From the NCBI RefSeq assembly GCF_964194025.1, contig NC_134475.1:25420001-25484000 (forward strand): 64,000 nt of DNA. The letters are read 5' to 3'. The stretch is from Convolutriloba macropyga (lineage: Eukaryota). The notes under the pieces are model-generated. The model worked only from the letters and a program-made list of their open reading frames with translations, made no database searches and was not told the DNA's origin. This document shows positions 60,840 through 64,000 of this stretch, in pieces (position 1 is the first letter of the stretch; every line of letters starts with the position of its first letter). The position numbers were made by a program, and so were the translations under genes.

Positions 60840-63800
60840 AATGACAGTACGTATCTAACCTAAAAAATCTAGTGGTCTACTAAAGGACTTTTGGTCAATC
60901 TGCCTATCTTGTTTCTTAGTTGTTTCAATTCATGGAAGGCCCCAAGCGTCTATCGCGGCTATTTTCTGGCAATCTGCCGGCTATCTTTCTATTCTTTATT
61001 GAATTCTCTATTAAGACGTAGAACTGGGACAACCCATGGACCATCAAATGTGAAACCAGTGGAGCCGCGTTTTTTCAATTTTTGTTTTTTCTTTTTATGC
61101 CTGTATTTTTCACCTGAAAATGAGTAGATCCAATTAGCAAATCAAATTTGGTTACGTTTTAGTGTTAAATGACGCGTTTTTCTACCGTTGTACTACAGAA
61201 TATATTCGGTTAATGTCACAAGTGAAAAATGTCAGCTGAAAGTTTTTTCAATAGTTTTGGTCCCAAAGAGGTAATAATTTTGTCCAAAAACTTTTGCTCC
61301 GCAAATAACATTTTTGAAAGATCGAATCAATTAGCTGAATTATGCACTTCATTTGAAAATATTTAAAGTTGTAGATGCAAATGTTTGAATTGTATGGCCT
61401 TATTTCTTTTATATCATGTAATAACTTCAGTAGAGATGGTATATATACACATTTCATTTTCTGGTTGTTTTTGTGGTTATTATTTGACTTTTAATATGAC
61501 TATAATTTGCTTATAAATTATTCAAGCTAGATTTAAAATAATCTGGCATGCCCTTCATTTGTAGAAGTTCAAGATTCTGGGTATCACTATACCCACGGGC
61601 GGTCTGCGCCCTCGTTTGTTAGTCAACACACATTAAATTTTTCCGAAGATTGCTTTTTTACATCCACATAAAATACGCCATGTGCATTTGTCATCGACAT
61701 TCAAGGACATTACAAATAGTGCCAGTAAGTCTTTGATATTGTACTTTTGCAGAGTTTGTTGCCAGTTTTCAGATTTTTAATTTTTATACGCAGTAATTTG
61801 ACCAAAAAGTTGTCATCTGATGTTCTCAAGCTGTTTTTTTTTCGAGTCACGGCGGGTCTGTTGTCATATTATTTTATCGCAAAGTTCAGAATGGCATATT
61901 TTTTGCAGTAAAATTGTCCTTGATTATTGACAAGAACATCAAAAAATCGTGCATTTCTATATACAAGCACAAATGTAGTAGCTCGAGTTCTTTAGTCTAT
62001 AAACATAACAACAATCTTTTTTCAAAATCCATTTTGTTGCCCTCATTTGCAGCCATAGAAAATTTTGCGTATGACTTTAGTTAGATTCCAAACCTGAAAG
62101 CCGTGTGTGATAATGGGCACAATGTAGCCTCTATACGCCGTTAGATTACTTGCTTTGGAGCATAATTTTGACACTTTTCTGTTGATGAGGTAGAAAGCTT
62201 TAGTGGCTTTGCTGGCTCGTAATTCACAGTTGTCACTCTAATTTAATTTTTCAGATATGAAGGGTCCCAAATCTCCTTGGAATGCTACGGAACTTAGCAT
62301 TTCTCCATTTAAATAGCATTGCAAGTTCATTTGGTGTTTAGCAAGATGCACTTTTTTACAGGAAGCTTCATGCGATTGGTTTTACACCTTTTTTCAATCT
62401 GGTTTGAAGAATGATTGAGACTGGCTTGGTTCTGTGAAAGCCTTTTAAAGCCGTCAGCAAATCGGCAGCACTCAATGCCTGGAAGCACATTTAGTAAGTC
62501 ATGAATATATGAACAGCAGAGACCCGAGGATTGAGCCCTGCGGTACCCCACTTGTGACATTTGACAATTCTGAATCGGTATCATTTACCTGACAAATTGT
62601 TTTCGATCAGTCAAGTAGGAGAACCGAACCACAATTTCAGCAAACTTCCACCTATCAAAAAGTTCTGTAATTTTTAATTTGCGTGGCATCGTGTCGAATT
62701 CCTTCGGAAAGTCTAAGTAAAGAATTATTAATGAATCTCGGTCTGGGTTGCATTTGACAAGTCGTCGATAAAAAGAGTTGAGAAACATGAATAATTAGAA
62801 CGTTGGAGACCGGGCTTTTCTGACGCCATATGAATTCTCAAAAAATCGGTGATGTCATTGTTCGAAAGTGCGGTCAAAATTAACTAAAAATGACAGTACG
62901 TATCTAATCTAAAAAATTAGTGGTCTACTAAAGGACTTTTGGTCAATCTGCCTATCTTGTTTCTGAGTTGTTTTAATTCATGGAAGGCCACAAGCGTCTA
63001 TCGCGGCTATTTTCCGGCAATCTGCTGGCTATCTTTCTATTCTTTATTGAATGCTCTATTAAGATGTAGAACTGGGACGACCCATGGACCATCAAATGTG
63101 CAACCAGTGGAGCCGCGTTTTTTCAATTTGTTTTTTCTTTTTATGCCTGTATTTTCACCTGAAAATGAGTAGATCCAATTTGCAAATCAAATCTAATTAC
63201 TGGTTACGTTTTAGTGTTAACTGACGCGTTTTTCTACCGTTGTACTACAGAAATTATTCGGTTAATGTCACAAGTGGAAAATGCCAGTTGAAAGTTTTTT
63301 TCAATAGTTTTGGTCCCAAAGAGGTAATAATTTTGTCCGAAAATTTTAGCTCCGCAAATAACATTTTTGAAAGATCGAATCAATTAGCTGAATTATGCAC
63401 TTCATTTGAAAATATTTAACGTTGTAGATGCAAATGTTTGAATTGTATGGCCTTACTTCATTTATATCATGTAATAACTTCAGTAGAGATGGTATATATA
63501 TACACATTTAATTTTCTGGTTGTTGTGCTTATTATTTGACTTTTAATGACTATTATATGCTTATAAATTATTCAAGCTAGATTTAAAATAATCTGGCATG
63601 CCCTTCATTTGTAGAAGTTCAAGATTCTGGGTATCACTATACCCACGGGCGGTAGCGCCCTCGTTTGTTAGTAAACACACATTAAATTTTTCTGAAGATT
63701 GCATTTTTACATCCACATACAATACGCCATGTGCATTTGTCATCGACATTCAAGGACATTACAAATAGTGCGAGTAAGTCTTTGATATTGTACTTTTGCA

Positions 63801-64000
63801 GAGTTTGTTGCCAGTTTTCAGATTTTTATTTTTTATACGCAGTAATTTGACCAAAAAGTTGTCATCTGATGTTCTCAAGCTGTTTTTTTCGAGTCACGGC
63901 GGGTCTGTTGTCTTATTATTTTATCGCAAAGTTCAGAATGGCATCTTTTTTGCAGTAAAATTGTCCTTGATTATTGACAAGAACATAAAAAAATCGTGCA
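60840..64000. repeat. Tandem duplication, ~2049-bp period; second copy runs off the window
   Basis: 60841 ATGACAGTACGTATCTAA recurs at 62890; ORFs 60891-61127 and 62939-63172 nearly identical. Confidence 0.95.
61950..62870 (-). mobile_element. Degraded CR1-like RT fragment
   Basis: LYLDFPKEFDTMP, SYLTDRKQFVR, SGVPQGSILG (frameshifted), RFADGFK. Confidence 0.75.

Overview
AT-rich eukaryotic (invertebrate-like) genomic window, almost entirely decayed transposable elements, with one 142-nt assembly gap. From left to right it holds an L2-type LINE, clusters of G/C-run MITEs, a weak possible Polinton-like remnant and two full-length, tail-to-tail Mag-type Ty3/Gypsy elements with TSDs, one carrying a 2.3-kb internal duplication. 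Next come a degraded BEL/Pao element with ~810-bp LTRs, a tandem array of BEL-LTR/Penelope composites, two Penelope-like elements, CR1 fragments, a near-complete CRE-type (RLE) non-LTR element, one probable host exon (type II membrane protein) and a ~2.05-kb tandem duplication. The most unusual signals are three. (1) The Penelope family has a C4HC3 PHD finger inserted inside the RT, between motif B' and the (Y/F)VDD motif. (2) The same family has an extra upstream ORF with degenerate SGNH-like blocks and five copies of a minimal hammerhead ribozyme. (3) The CRE-type element has a separate upstream SGNH/GDSL esterase ORF and an N-terminal PHD finger. Two unrelated retroelement classes here may therefore share an SGNH + PHD accessory kit. 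All calls come from reading motifs by eye; no database searches were run, and most boundaries not marked by TSDs or TIRs are approximate.
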